Assembly: GCF_009914755.1 (NCBI RefSeq)
Contig: NC_060934.1
DNA: 64,000 nucleotides
Reading direction: 5' to 3' (one strand)
Origin: the human T2T-CHM13v2.0 reference genome, Homo sapiens
The translations under genes were made by a program, and so were the position numbers. Below the pieces are notes generated by a model that ran no database searches, was not told where the DNA came from, and saw only the letters and a program-made list of their open reading frames with translations. Shown piece after piece: positions 1-12,464 of this stretch. Each line of letters starts with the position of its first letter. The first letter of the stretch is position 1.

Positions 1-1639
1 TGCTTGTGGGTGAGTCTGGGAAAGGTTTGGCAGAAAAACAGACTAGAGAGGGGACGTATGAAGTAGGATTTGTTATTTCTGGAATTGCTGGTGAGTTTTC
101 TTTCCTTCTTAACCTTTTCCTGTGTTTTGCAAATTTTCCATGGTGAATATGTACTGCTTTCCTAACAGCAACACCAACAAATCCTTTCAGCAAAGATAAT
201 TCTGAAAAAATATAAATCTGATGTTATTTTTTCTAGGGTTACAAAGAGAAGAATAAATTCATAGCAGCTCAAGGTAAGCTTTTTACTAATTTCTCAACGT
301 ATTTTTGGTAACGTGAATAGCTCTTATTTCCTTCTCTGTATGCCAACAAGACCAAGGACTTATACTGGATTTGTGTGTGTGTGTTTACACCTAACAGACA
401 CGTTAGATATCCATTCACACAACGGATATGTGTAGTCAGAGAAACACACACTTATTCCCACACCTATATGGTGTGAACACAGGGCACGCAGTGGCCCCGG
501 CTGCCATTCCAGCTTGTTAATACTTGCATCAGATAACCTTGAATTTCTCTCAGCTGGCTGAGCCCTACATGGCACCCAAGTTTGGGCGAGGGGTTAGTGG
601 GGTGAATAGCTTTTCAGATCAAGGCCATAACTAAGAATATACTTCAGCTGTGAAAACGTGCCCTTCACCTTGCACAGGGCTACCTTGTGTGTTGAGTACT
701 GAATCCAGCATCACTCCGTTCCACCAGAGGTTGTCATCTGCAGGACCTGGTGTACGTGCGGTTAGATATCAGTGGAGCTGAAACCAGATTCCTCAGACTT
801 CCTCACTCTTAGGCCAGGAGTCTTTAGGGCAATGAGCTCTGAAAGTCAGCGTCCATCAAAATCACCTGGGAAGTTGTTACAAATGCAGAATCTCTAAGAA
901 AAAAGGACACACATGTGCACACGCAGAGGCCATCAGGAATGTGCCCAGCTGGAAACCTCAGGAAACCTGACGATCCTGGCTGAAGCAGATGAAAGCATGT
1001 GTTTCTCTCTTGCCAGCAGACACCCACAGGGAGCTAGCCCACGGCAGGACAGCAGCAGGGCCAGGGGCTTCCTTATCTCCCCGCCCATCCCCCTCAGCAC
1101 GTAGCGCTTAGCTCGGGACTGCAAAATAGCCGCAGCTCAGACAGGAAGTGGATAGGGGCAGAGGACTTTCTCCTAGTGACACTTTGTCTGTTGTTCACAT
1201 CCCCCTCCCGAGGGACTTTAGCTCATATCGTATTGGACAGCACCATGCTGAGAGTAAGATTTTGACAAAGAGGAGGGGATTGGGAATGCAGGGTGAGGCT
1301 GGCCAGTCTCTGCCTCTCGCAAGGCTTTCACCAGCTCTCCCACACTTGGCTGTAGACCCAGCCCTCATCTGAACCCTGCTTCTTACCTGTGAACGTCATA
1401 ACTCAACCTGGGCCCAATTATCTTGCCCACTGAGGAGTTCCTAGCTGGAGTGGGTGAGTGGCAGGACAGGCAGCCCCTACCGGTTCCGGAACGCTTCAGG
1501 GCATGACGTGTGTGTCCCCAACAAGCCTGAGAAGGGAGTGAACAGCTGTCCAGGGGCCAACGGCCAGGGTGCCGGGGCTGGGACCCCAAAGGGACTTCCC
1601 TTCATGCCTTTTGACTTCGAAATTGTCCTCTACACACAG

Positions 1640-1737
1640 GTCCCAAACAGGAAACGGTTAACGACTTCTGGAGAATGGTCTGGGAGCAAAAGTCTGCGAC
1701 CATCGTCATGTTAACAAACTTGAAAGAAAGGAAAGAG
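1640..1737 (+). CDS. PTPRE: PTPRE coding exon (D1 domain; 12th from last), [33 protein letters not shown]
   Basis: cacag|GT acceptor, GAG|gtgagt donor, 98 nt; PTP motifs DFWRMVWE and IVMLT. Confidence 0.96.
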
Positions 1738-4630
1738 GTGAGTTCCAGGCATCTGGCCCCGGTATCACTTCCTTTCAGCTGCTGCTGCCGGGCTGGGGAT
1801 GTTCTTACCACTTCCTTTTCCTACTTCCCTCCCTTCCTCCCACTATCACTGCAGAAAAAAACCCAAACACATGCAGTGGCTTACAGCATTTTCTTCACGA
1901 AACAAATCCCCTGTGTCCCCAGCATCTCACTGTTATCTAATCTGTGATAACACAATGACACAAGAGTTTCCTTTTTTTCCCAAGTAAGAGTGGCCCCCGG
2001 CTGGCCCCATGGCTCTGCCTGCCTGATGAGAGACATGAATCTTAGAGTTTTAGGATGTTGAGCGTGTCATGCGGCAGAGCTCAGACTAGAAATGAACATG
2101 ATTTCGCGCTTATTATCCAGACTAGAGAAATGCTTTTGGAAAACGTTGGTATATTGAAGAAATGTTGATTTGTCATCCGAATATATTTAATTAGCTGTTT
2201 CTAATTCAAAAAAGGATGCATGTACGTTATAAGAATTTGAATCATTGACAAAGAAGAAAAGTTGAACTGATTCGTTTCCTAATGTAACAAGTACTCATTA
2301 GCATCTGCTGTGCTGGGCCAGCTCTGTCCCAGGTGCAAGGAGTAGGGGCTCAAATTCAGGGCTGAGAAGTGGTGGCTGTGGGGAGCCTGGGTGCGGGGGT
2401 GGGGTTGAGTGACAGGCAGGGAGCCATGCCATAGGCAGTGAGCTCACTCTCCAGAATGAAAGAAGAACTGGGAGCCTGAGGGACACTTACCACAGGTGGG
2501 GCGAAGTTAGGAGGCTGTGCTTCTGGCGTGTTCTGGCATGAAGGCCCGGTTCAGTGGGAGCCGTGTGTCCTGCCCGGCCCTGCTCAGGGCCTGCTGTGTC
2601 CTGAGCTCCTCAGTCATCTGCTGGCCTGGCCCCAGCAGTTCCCAGGCATTGTAGCGAGGACTGTGGGGAAGGGCTGCCATTTTTAGATGGGAGTACCAGG
2701 CCTTGGGGAGCTCAGCTGGGGCAGAAGATGGGTGGCAGGAGCCCACAGGAAGGGCAGGCTGGGAGGTGCTCTGGTCCCCGCAGTGCCAGCTTACTAATTG
2801 CCACCCAAAACACAGGAAGCAGCCTCCAGCCACCGTTTCTGGTCAGGAATAGGATGGAGGCTTTCATTCTGCTCTGGGGGGAGCTGAAACAGGACTGTGG
2901 AGGGCCACCCCTTTGCCCTTGCAAATCTTGCCCTTGTCATGCTTTGTCATGGGGAAGAGGGAAGAGTGACAGAGGGAAGTAGGGGATTCCCAGCCCAGGA
3001 CTCTTCACTCTGCCTGCGCTGTAGCGGCCATGGAGGAGGACACCCACGCGAGGGAAAAGGAGGCTGACCCTTCATCAGGAGCCTCAGGGTCCCCCGTGAC
3101 CCATGGCCCATAGGGACCAGTCTTCCTGGGGTTGGTGCTCCAAGCATGAGACCAGCACAGAAGCAGTGGGGCTCAAGGACGCCCTCACTTCCCTCTTTCA
3201 GTCATTCTGCTGAAAGTGTCACTGGCATTTTCTCTCCATCTTCCCCCACAACCTCCTACTGGATTTTTCCACTCCTGTGACTCAGTGCTGGGCTGCTGCC
3301 GCGTCCTCATTCTCACCAATTCAGATGAAATCATTTCTCAATAGAGTTCCCTTTTTCTTAATTGCTCACACTTCTGTTGTGGTTTCCTTGGCTTCCACAT
3401 CCTGGGCTCTGCATTGCAAAACACAGCTGCCCTGGCATCTCATGATCGGGTGGGAGGGAGGCAGAGGGAGGGGGTATAAAACCAGCCACCAACACTGAGC
3501 CCTTGAGAGGCTGACACATGTTCTCAGTTCCTACTGGAGAGCCTTCAAGGTGAGAAGCTCAGGAGGGACCCCAGGGCTCCCCATAGGGCCAAGACTCACC
3601 CAAACCGGGACATGTAGGCATTTGCAATTCCCCTGGGCTGCATCAGAGATGGCCTGTGACCCGCAGCCCCGCAGCCCCGCCCGGAGCCAGGTGTAAGGAG
3701 GGGAAGTTGTCGGTAGCCGTCATAACACAATGATGCTGCTCTCTACTAAATACCAGATGCTGTTTGTTTCATAAGACTGTTAATCCTGGAGGCTTGACCA
3801 CGAGCTGTGCTGCTCAGGGGCCATTCCCTGGATATACTCTCTGACTACTGGCAGGCTTGTTCCATTCCAGACATGTTTCTCTGGCAGATGAAGTAGATCT
3901 TTTCCCCCTTGAGGTGGGTCCTCATTCACTCGCGAAGTGATGGAGGACACCACCGGGCAGGTGCTGCGGGCGGTGCTGCAAAATGAAAGGGCTCCTGGAA
4001 CGTGTATTTTGGGTCATTCTTGCTTCAGAGGTCGGGAAGGTAAAGAAATGGGCCTGTCTGTAGCAATGCACCCTCTTCTGCAGACTCCACGGCAGCCTCG
4101 TCCCTGCTAGAGAAAAATGAAGATCGTTAGACCAATCATAGGTTCATCACTCTTGAATGGCAGACTGGCAGTGGTGCAAATTAACTTTGTCCTTAGTGAA
4201 CTGAGCAGGAAAAACACAAATTGCTGAATCCAGTGGGAAATGTCTGGGGGGAGCACCGTCCTTGCCCTCTAGCCTGAGGGTCACTTGGAGTTAGGTGCCC
4301 AGCTCTGAAGGCTACAGGCTCAGCATAACTGGTTGATGGTCAGTTAATAAAATGTATGGGATTCGTGAATGAATGAAGAAATGAGACATTGTTGCTGTCT
4401 ACATCAGAAAGCCTTGGGGCATCCTAGTCATAGTTTCAAGGCTGCTGTTCACCAGTTACGCAGCCTCAGTTTCCCCATTCAAGAGGTCGACACACGTGAA
4501 CTTGTTTCTCAGCTGTGGGAGCTGTGTGACTCCAGCTGGTGTGTGTGAGGCCTTCTGTAGTTGGGTGGGGGGATGTCATGATGCATTGCACCCACAGATC
4601 TATTTGCTTCTATTAAATTGTTCCGTGCAG

Positions 4631-4750
4631 GAAAAGTGCCATCAGTACTGGCCCGACCAAGGCTGCTGGACCTATGGAAACATCCGGGTGTGCGTGGAGG
4701 ACTGCGTGGTTTTGGTCGACTACACCATCCGGAAGTTCTGCATACAGCCA
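4631..4750 (+). CDS. PTPRE: PTPRE coding exon (D1), [20 protein letters not shown]...KFCIQP
   Basis: tgcag| acceptor, |gtaagc donor, 120 nt, phase 0-0; KCxxYWP motif. Confidence 0.96.
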
Positions 4751-5418
4751 GTAAGCATCTCTAGTTGCTGCCCTTCCAGAAAGATCATTTTCAGAGAGCA
4801 TCATGCTCAGAGTTAACATCCTTCTGCATTTATGAAGTGCTTTGCTCCCAGCCCGGCACTGTCGCAGCCCTGGCTGAGAGGGTGCAGTGGCCAGGCTGTG
4901 ATAGGCAGACATGCAAGAGGGCCAAGACACCAGAGGCCGGTGCACAAGGGTCTGCAGGCAGTGCTGGGGGCTCCTAATTCCTAGTGACTCCTCTGGGCCT
5001 CTCCAGGAGGAAGACCAGTCATTGGAGGGGCCTGGGGGTGAGGTCCTCCCTCAGTAGCACAGTGACATTTCACACACTGACTGGGAGGTGGGGTTTTTTT
5101 CTAACACTTTCCGAATTCTGTCTGAAACCTCCTCGTTATTTTCCACACTTGGGTTCTGCTAGTTCCACCACCCCAAAAGGTTTAAGAGAGAGATCAGTAA
5201 AAATATGTGTATGCAAAGCAGATGAAATCAAGATATAGAAGAAAGTTTAAAACCATAGAGAAAAGACAGAAGACCATTTTGTCAGGATTTAAAGATAGAG
5301 TCATTGGCATAATTAGGTCACAAAATAAGTGTCTGAGGTTCCAAGAAGCCACAGCAAAAAAGGAAAAGGATGAGCTGATTATTCTTATCCTATCCCCTGC
5401 TGGCATCTCTCCCAGAAA

Positions 5419-6122
5419 TGTGCACACAGGCGCACACAGGCACTCACATGCACACGCACACACATACTCCCACACACAGGCACACACATGCACACATGCA
5501 CATACACCCACACACAGGCATACACATGCACACACACCCACACACAGGCACACACACGTACACCTACCCACACACAGGCACGCACATGCACATACTCCCA
5601 CACACATGCATGCACATGCACACGTACACCCACACACAGGCACACACATGCACACACACGCACACAACCGTACAATGCATGCACGTTCACACACACGTGC
5701 ACACACACCCCACTCACATGCACACATGCACACATTCACACATGTGCACACACATACACCCACACACATTCACATGCACACACATGCACACATGCACACA
5801 TATTCATGCACATGCATACATGTGCACACACACGCACCCACACACGCACAGATGCACACATGCACATTCACACATGTGCACACACATACATCCACACACA
5901 TTCACACACGCACACGTGCACACATGCACACATTCACACATGTGCACACATACACACATACGCACATGGGTGCACACGTGTACGCACCCACATTCACACA
6001 TGCACACACATGCATACATGTGCACACATTCACACGTGCGCACATACACACATTCACCCACACATACATGCGCACACATGCACACATACACATGCATACA
6101 TGTGCACACACATGCACACACA
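5419..6122. repeat. ~700-bp imperfect (CA)/(CACATG)-type alternating purine-pyrimidine tract
   Basis: Directly visible; recurring sub-units such as CATGCACACATTCACACATGTGCACACACATACA. Confidence 0.95.
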
Positions 6123-6678
6123 TCTACTTCCAAATACGCTGTGTATCACCTTCCGTGATCTGGGCAAGGGAATTAAACTCATGGGCTCTGGGTCCAAAAG
6201 CTGAGAGAGGCTCTGAGGGCAGGTCTGGGAGACTCCAAAGAGCAGGCCGACTGCATCATCTGTCCTCCCAAATGTAAGACAGCTTTGCCCAAGGAAGGAT
6301 GTGCTGTTGGTGATTACTCAGCACCACCGGCCTGAGGTGGGACTGTCCAGGCAAGATGGGCCATGGCCGCCCTGCTTGCACGGGGGTCTGTGAGCACACA
6401 GACCAACTTTGGGGATGTGTCTGGCTGCTTGGGCCCTGCCTGACCTGGGCATAGACGGTTGCTGCGGGCCCTGTTCTGTGGCCCCAAAAGCAGCACATGT
6501 TCAGAGTCGGCAGGGGTAAGGTCCAGGCTGTCTGGCTCAGGCAGGCCCTCTGTGGATGGGCCCCTCCCCTACGCAGCCCCAGCACAGGGGAGCCCACGGC
6601 GGCGTCCTCAGAATGAGATGCTGGGGGAGCAGGGGGAGGATTGTTTCACCCACTCTTGTCTCCCCGCGTCCCCCGCAG

Positions 6679-6842
6679 CAGCTCCCCGACGGCTGCAAAG
6701 CCCCCAGGCTGGTCTCACAGCTGCACTTCACCAGCTGGCCCGACTTCGGAGTGCCTTTTACCCCCATTGGGATGCTGAAGTTCCTCAAGAAAGTAAAGAC
6801 GCTCAACCCCGTGCACGCTGGGCCCATCGTGGTCCACTGTAG
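6679..6842 (+). CDS. PTPRE: PTPRE coding exon (D1 WPD loop and start of P-loop), [26 protein letters not shown]...PIVVHC(S)
   Basis: cgcag|CAG acceptor, AG|gtacgc donor, 164 nt; WPD and VVHC motifs. Confidence 0.95.
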
Positions 6843-8090
6843 GTACGCTGTGGGGGCCACGGGGCGGGACCCTCAAGGGCAGGCCACAGTGGGATGACTC
6901 ATCCTCATGGGCAATGCCAGGGGACCAATATCAGGGTGGGCAGAGGTTTGGGCAGGGCTGATGTGAACACAAATGTCAGTGACTGAGCCAGGCCCCAAGA
7001 ACCCTACAGGAGAATGTTCAGAGAGCCCCCTCTTCATCCCAGTCGATAAAACCCACCAAAGCCAGGAGGCTCCGGTTGATGGTGGGAATGGAGTTCTGGG
7101 CAGGTCTGCTTGGCCGCCCTCACCTCTCCCCGGGAATCCCAAGTCACCTCTGGGAACCAAGATGGAAATGAGAGAAAGCCCCCTGGTTTCTACAGGAAGC
7201 CCCCCAACAACACACAAGTCGTTATGGAAGAGCACACCATGCTCAGATGGGCCCCCACAGCAGAGTCTTCCAGAACACGCTGTCCTGGAGACCAGGGTCC
7301 GAGGACCAGGCTGCCCCTCGCCAGCTGCCACTTCAGCCTCGGTTTCCTCACCTGTGATGGGAAGGACAGCCTCGGCGGAGCCTGTGACTGGCATCTGGGT
7401 GGGCTTTGCACAACATGAAGAATTACTCAAATGTACAGCCAAGGCCACCCCACAACCCCTTGTCCACAGAGAGCCCCACTTGTTCCTGGCAGTGATTGGC
7501 CTCACCAGGGTATCACTTTGATTAGATACTAAGTTTCCATCTGTTACAGACAGGTTCATTCTGAGTATCACAGCACTGCCAGGGACAAAAGCCACCTGCA
7601 CGCAGTGATGCAGGCGCTCTGCACCTGTCATGCAGGTGTTCACGAGAAGCCGTCCAGGAACCCCCGAAGAACGGGCTTTCCCCAAGTCTGAGCAACACTC
7701 GCTTGCTGGGGCCAAGCAGAGGCTGGACCCCACCCCACCCACCCTCCAGTGTAGCTCATACTGGGAAGAATTTGCAGGGTCAGATAACAGTAATCTGACA
7801 GATGCCACCTCACTTAATGCCCCGAGTCAGATGACTTGGTTTGCCCAGTTTGACAGAGAGGGAGGCTGGATACCAGAGCTGTTGCATAGTTGATCTGAGG
7901 TCCCTCTGCTCCCAGGGGGACAGATCTAGGATGCCAATCACACATATAAGAAGAAGACACTGTTTGGTAAGTGAGAAAAATTCTCCACACAGCCTAATCC
8001 GAGGCTTACTGCACCAGCTGTTAATGTGCCTCTTAGTAGAGTGTCGGTGGCTATCAGAGGACCGGCCTGAGATCACTTTACTGAGACCAC

Positions 8091-8108
8091 AGCTCCCTCT
8101 GGTGGCCG
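8091..8108 (-). promoter_or_regulatory. Candidate CTCF-binding motif
   Basis: Minus strand reads CGGCCACCAGAGGGAGCT, close to the consensus TGGCCACCAGGGGGCGC; motif only, no occupancy data. Confidence 0.55.
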
Positions 8109-8247
8109 CACTGTAGCTTTGCTCCTAATTAACCAAAAAAACAAAAAGTTGCATCCAGTGACCTGGGTGCGCAGGCCCCTTCGGGGCCTTTCATTTACTT
8201 CGGGAGGAGTGTGACTCACGACGCAGCATCTTTCTCTTTCCCCAAAG

Positions 8248-8383
8248 CGCGGGCGTGGGCCGGACGGGCACCTTCATTGTGATCGATGCCATGATGGCCA
8301 TGATGCACGCGGAGCAGAAGGTGGATGTGTTTGAATTTGTGTCTCGAATCCGTAATCAGCGCCCTCAGATGGTTCAAACGGAT
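8248..8383 (+). CDS. PTPRE: PTPRE coding exon (D1 P-loop/Q-loop), (S)[13 protein letters not shown]...[11 protein letters not shown]
   Basis: aaag| acceptor after pyrimidine tract, |gtgagt donor, 136 nt; completes [10 protein letters not shown]. Confidence 0.96.
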
Positions 8384-8856
8384 GTGAGTCATGCCTTCCT
8401 CTTGCCCTGATCTAGCTTCCCAAAGCAAACCCGATGCCTTCGCCACACAGGTGTGCAGGGCCCTGGCTCTGATGGGCACGTGGCAACCAGCCTGGGCCTG
8501 GCCTGGCTTCGCTCCCCATAGCCTTCCCTGCCCACGCGTGGGACCTCAGGGACTCCCTCGTCCTCATCTTTCCCTCGTATCCTCATGTGAGATGGGGCAA
8601 TCCTACTCCCCCAAACGGTGCATGTACACAGTGCGTGGCGTGCTCACCAATGTGAGGCTCTGCTGCTACCGTTCTCCTTACTCAAGGGCATAAATGGTCG
8701 TTATCCGTGGCCGGTACTCTGACTCTTGCCTCACACCTCCTTGTGTTGGCAAAAAGAGAAAAAGAAGAAAGCCGCCCTCTTTGGTCTGCCAAGCTCCACG
8801 TGGGCCAAGACTGCAGGGCAGAGTTGAGGGTGTGGGCACCCCTGGCCTCTCTGCAG

Positions 8857-9006
8857 ATGCAGTACACGTTCATCTACCAAGCCTTACTCGAGTACTACCT
8901 CTACGGGGACACAGAGCTGGACGTGTCCTCCCTGGAGAAGCACCTGCAGACCATGCACGGCACCACCACCCACTTCGACAAGATCGGGCTGGAGGAGGAG
9001 TTCAGG
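8857..9006 (+). CDS. PTPRE: PTPRE coding exon (D1 end and D1-D2 linker), MQYTFIYQALLEYYLYGDTE...GLEEEFR
   Basis: ctgcag| acceptor, |gtgagt donor, 150 nt. Confidence 0.96.
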
Positions 9007-9363
9007 GTGAGTACAGCTGACCCTCCTCTCCATCCTGGTGTAAGCAGCCAAGGGCACGAGGAAAACAGGTGACCATTTAAAGGAAGCCTCTTTCAATCAC
9101 TTGCCCCTTAACTGACCTCAGAAAAAGCAGGGGCAATACCTGAGCCATGATTTACAAGGGAAGAAGGATCAGGTGGCTTTCAGAGCCTCATAGCAGCCCT
9201 ACTAGGCACACATTTGTATTTCCCAATGCTAAGGAGGCTTCCTGGGTTGGAGAGTGGTTTCCTTTGAGCAGGCGTCCTTGCCAGCAGCACTAGTCCTCGG
9301 CTGAGCAATGTGCTCAGGAGTGTCAGAGGTTTAACTGTGTCATTATATCCTTCTCTGCTGCAG

Positions 9364-9457
9364 AAATTGACAAATGTCCGGATCATGAAGGAGAACATGA
9401 GGACGGGCAACTTGCCGGCAAACATGAAGAAGGCCAGGGTCATCCAGATCATCCCGT
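9364..9457 (+). CDS. PTPRE: PTPRE coding exon (D2 start), KLTNVRIMKENMRTGNLPANMKKARVIQIIP(Y)
   Basis: ctgcag| acceptor, T|gtaagg donor, 94 nt. Confidence 0.95.
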
Positions 9458-10693
9458 GTAAGGCACCCGTGGCGTGGCTTGGGCAGGGCTGGGGCGGGGC
9501 TGGTGCCGGAGGCTTTCATCCTGGGGAAGCCATTGACCGCTTACCCCTGTGCACCAGGGTCAAAAGCAGGGTGTCCTCTGGCCTCAGGCTAAGGGCTCCT
9601 GTGTGCTGTACCAAATGTCAGGTAGAAAAGACACCTGTGAAGCACCAGCTGACCCAGACAGTCCTGCATGGGTCTCAGGCAAGCTGCTTGGGATATGAGC
9701 TTGCAGATGCGGGAGGGCAGCCGAGGCTGATTTCAGGGGAGGGCTTCACAGAAGCTGGAGATTTGCGGCAGGCACGACTTGGGATTCCTTGTCTCATTCC
9801 TTGTCTCCCCAAGCCTGGGCAGAGGCCCGCCTCCCCCTTACACAGAGGGGCCTGAGCCACCCAGCCGAGGCCATGCAGGTGAACTCAGCTGAGACCACCT
9901 AGGAAAAGGCTGTGGCCTTGAGGAGGACAAGAAATGGGCCTAGGGTAGAGTCAGGACACTGGTCTGCCACCCAGGTCATGGGAGAGGGAAGGAGGACCTG
10001 GCAGGTGTGGGAGGAGTGGAGGCAAAGCTGGCAAGAAGACAGGGCCACATGCAGTGGGCAGGGGAGTGGGAATCGGGAGGCTCACCAAGTGGGAAAAAGA
10101 GAAACTTGAGAAACCCGGCCCCAAAGCAGACTCCACAGGGATCCGAGGAACTAGGGAGGGAGGTGGGAGATGCCCCGCTTGGGAGGAGGGTGTGCCTCGT
10201 TATAGACTTGTCCTCGACAGAGTCACAGCTCAACAAACACCATCTGGAAACAGCTGGGAGCAGGCCTGCTGCAGCAGGGTCTCCCCGAGCACTGCAGGCG
10301 AGTAGAGCTCCCCGGGGTGCTGCCATCTTCAGACTCTGGCCCTTGGTTTTCTGGGGCCCCGGTGTCCTGCTGGCCACTCTAGATTGCTTGCCTGGCCACA
10401 TTCCATTTACTCCTTCAGCGCAATATTTTTAGTGCTTGTATTTTGGTATGTATTATATCGATTCCTGAAAAATGAAAATGATAATTGGGTGGTTTTCAGA
10501 GTTTTCCTTCAAAAAGAAAAATACCCCTGAGCCACTTTAATTATCGTCTCTCATAACGTAAACTTTCCAAAGAGTTGGCTTTACGTAGTGATTTTATTAA
10601 TAGGATCTATATTTTGCAAGCTTGTAGCAATGGATTAAAGTTAGCAAGGTGGGACCCTTTTTGTAATAACTAAAGGAAGATAATGCTTTGCAG

Positions 10694-10770
10694 ATGACTT
10701 CAACCGAGTGATCCTTTCCATGAAAAGGGGTCAAGAATACACAGACTACATCAACGCATCCTTCATAGAC
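10694..10770 (+). CDS. PTPRE: PTPRE coding exon (D2), (Y)DFNRVILSMKRGQEYTDYINASFID
   Basis: ttgcag| acceptor, |gtacgt donor, 77 nt; DYINAS motif; absent from the ORF track, read directly. Confidence 0.95.
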
Positions 10771-10907
10771 GTACGTATGCTGGCCTGGGTTGTGTTTATG
10801 CAGATGTGTTTCCTTCACATGTGACCACAGACTTGATTAGCTTGTTTTCACAATGAGAAAGAATTGACATGTTTCCAGAAACTCAGCCATTTTTGTTAGC
10901 AGAATTA

Positions 10908-11302
<395 letters not shown>

Positions 11303-11889
11303 TTAATATATAGTTATTTTTCTTTTACATATCTGTTACACACCAATTATATATCCACTGCCTCTGTGCTCTTTCTCTTGTGTGATTTCTGCAATGTGTA
11401 CCCACGTGGACAATACAATTATGTGTTCAGGGCACACAGAGGCTGTCTTCATGCACAGTGGAGTTCGCAGAAGAAGGGCAAAAGGGGGAATGGCAGCCAA
11501 GTGTGTGTTCATATTGCCATTTGCAGATGAGAAAATTGTACCAGAATCCGGTGGGCTCCATGCTGATCTAGCTGAAACACACAGAAACATGTTAGAATCT
11601 AAGCCACCAGGTGCTGTTCAGGTGGCCACAGGCAACTACCAGTTCATAATACCCATTTGTTGATGACCTCAGGGGCTGACGGTGGCCGTTATGGTTTCAG
11701 ATAAGCGAGCTTCTTGACCTGCTTGTCAGGTGTGTGCCTGAGTGCTCGTGCCAACTGGGGTCTGGTGCAGACCATGGAGGATGAGAGAGTTTTCCTCATT
11801 AGGCCTTAGGCTGTCCTAAACTTAGGGAGCAGGTAATGGAGCCAGGATGGAAGGAAGTCAGACTCTAACCTCTGCGCCTCCATTTGAAG

Positions 11890-12024
11890 GGCTACCGACA
11901 GAAGGACTATTTCATCGCCACCCAGGGGCCACTGGCACACACGGTTGAGGACTTCTGGAGGATGATCTGGGAATGGAAATCCCACACTATCGTGATGCTG
12001 ACGGAGGTGCAGGAGAGAGAGCAG
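11890..12024 (+). CDS. PTPRE: PTPRE coding exon (D2), [45 protein letters not shown]
   Basis: gaag| acceptor, |gtgagg donor, 135 nt; IATQGP and DFWRMIWE motifs. Confidence 0.96.
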
Positions 12025-12464
12025 GTGAGGAGTGCCGCCCAGCCCGGTCCCTCCAGGGCAGCCTGTGCACCTGAGGCACTGTCCCCGTTCATTACAAATG
12101 TCCCACCTGCCATCACTGCAAACACATGGGTGAGACCAAGCCAGGACCACTAGGGAAGGAGAGAGATTGGAAATGAAAAAGGTTTCATTTCACCCTTTCC
12201 CTTTTTGGGAGTGAGGTTTAACCATAGCTACCCGCTGCCCTTTATCCTTAGCCTACATGTTATTTAACCTGCCCTGAAATTCTGCCATTTGGTATTGGCC
12301 AAGATCATAACCTGTTGAAGAAAAAGACATTTATTGACTTTTTTCAAGACATGAAGACAACAGTAAACCCAAGGTTTACCAACAATGTACATCTATCTGG
12401 GTTCTCCCCCAAGACATAACTACTGCTGTGTATTTGTGTTTTTATTTCTTTGCTCTAAAAAGGA

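Noticed and set aside
372-452. Multi-stem, cloverleaf-like fold (GTGTGTTT/AAACACAC, CTAAC/GTTAG, ATATCC/GGATAT)
   Set aside because: Stems are short and partly dinucleotide-repeat driven; no tRNA A/B boxes or snoRNA boxes.
5194-6277. Long His/Thr- and Cys/Val-rich ORFs (up to 356 aa) on both strands
   Set aside because: All three stop codons contain adjacent purines, so an alternating purine-pyrimidine tract is nearly stop-free in every frame. Intronic simple repeat with no other coding evidence.
6873-7808. 311-aa minus-strand ORF and overlapping 182-aa plus-strand ORF
   Set aside because: GC-rich PTPRE intron, no recognisable domain, no supporting splice or promoter structure; probably chance. 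An antisense non-coding transcript cannot be excluded from sequence alone.
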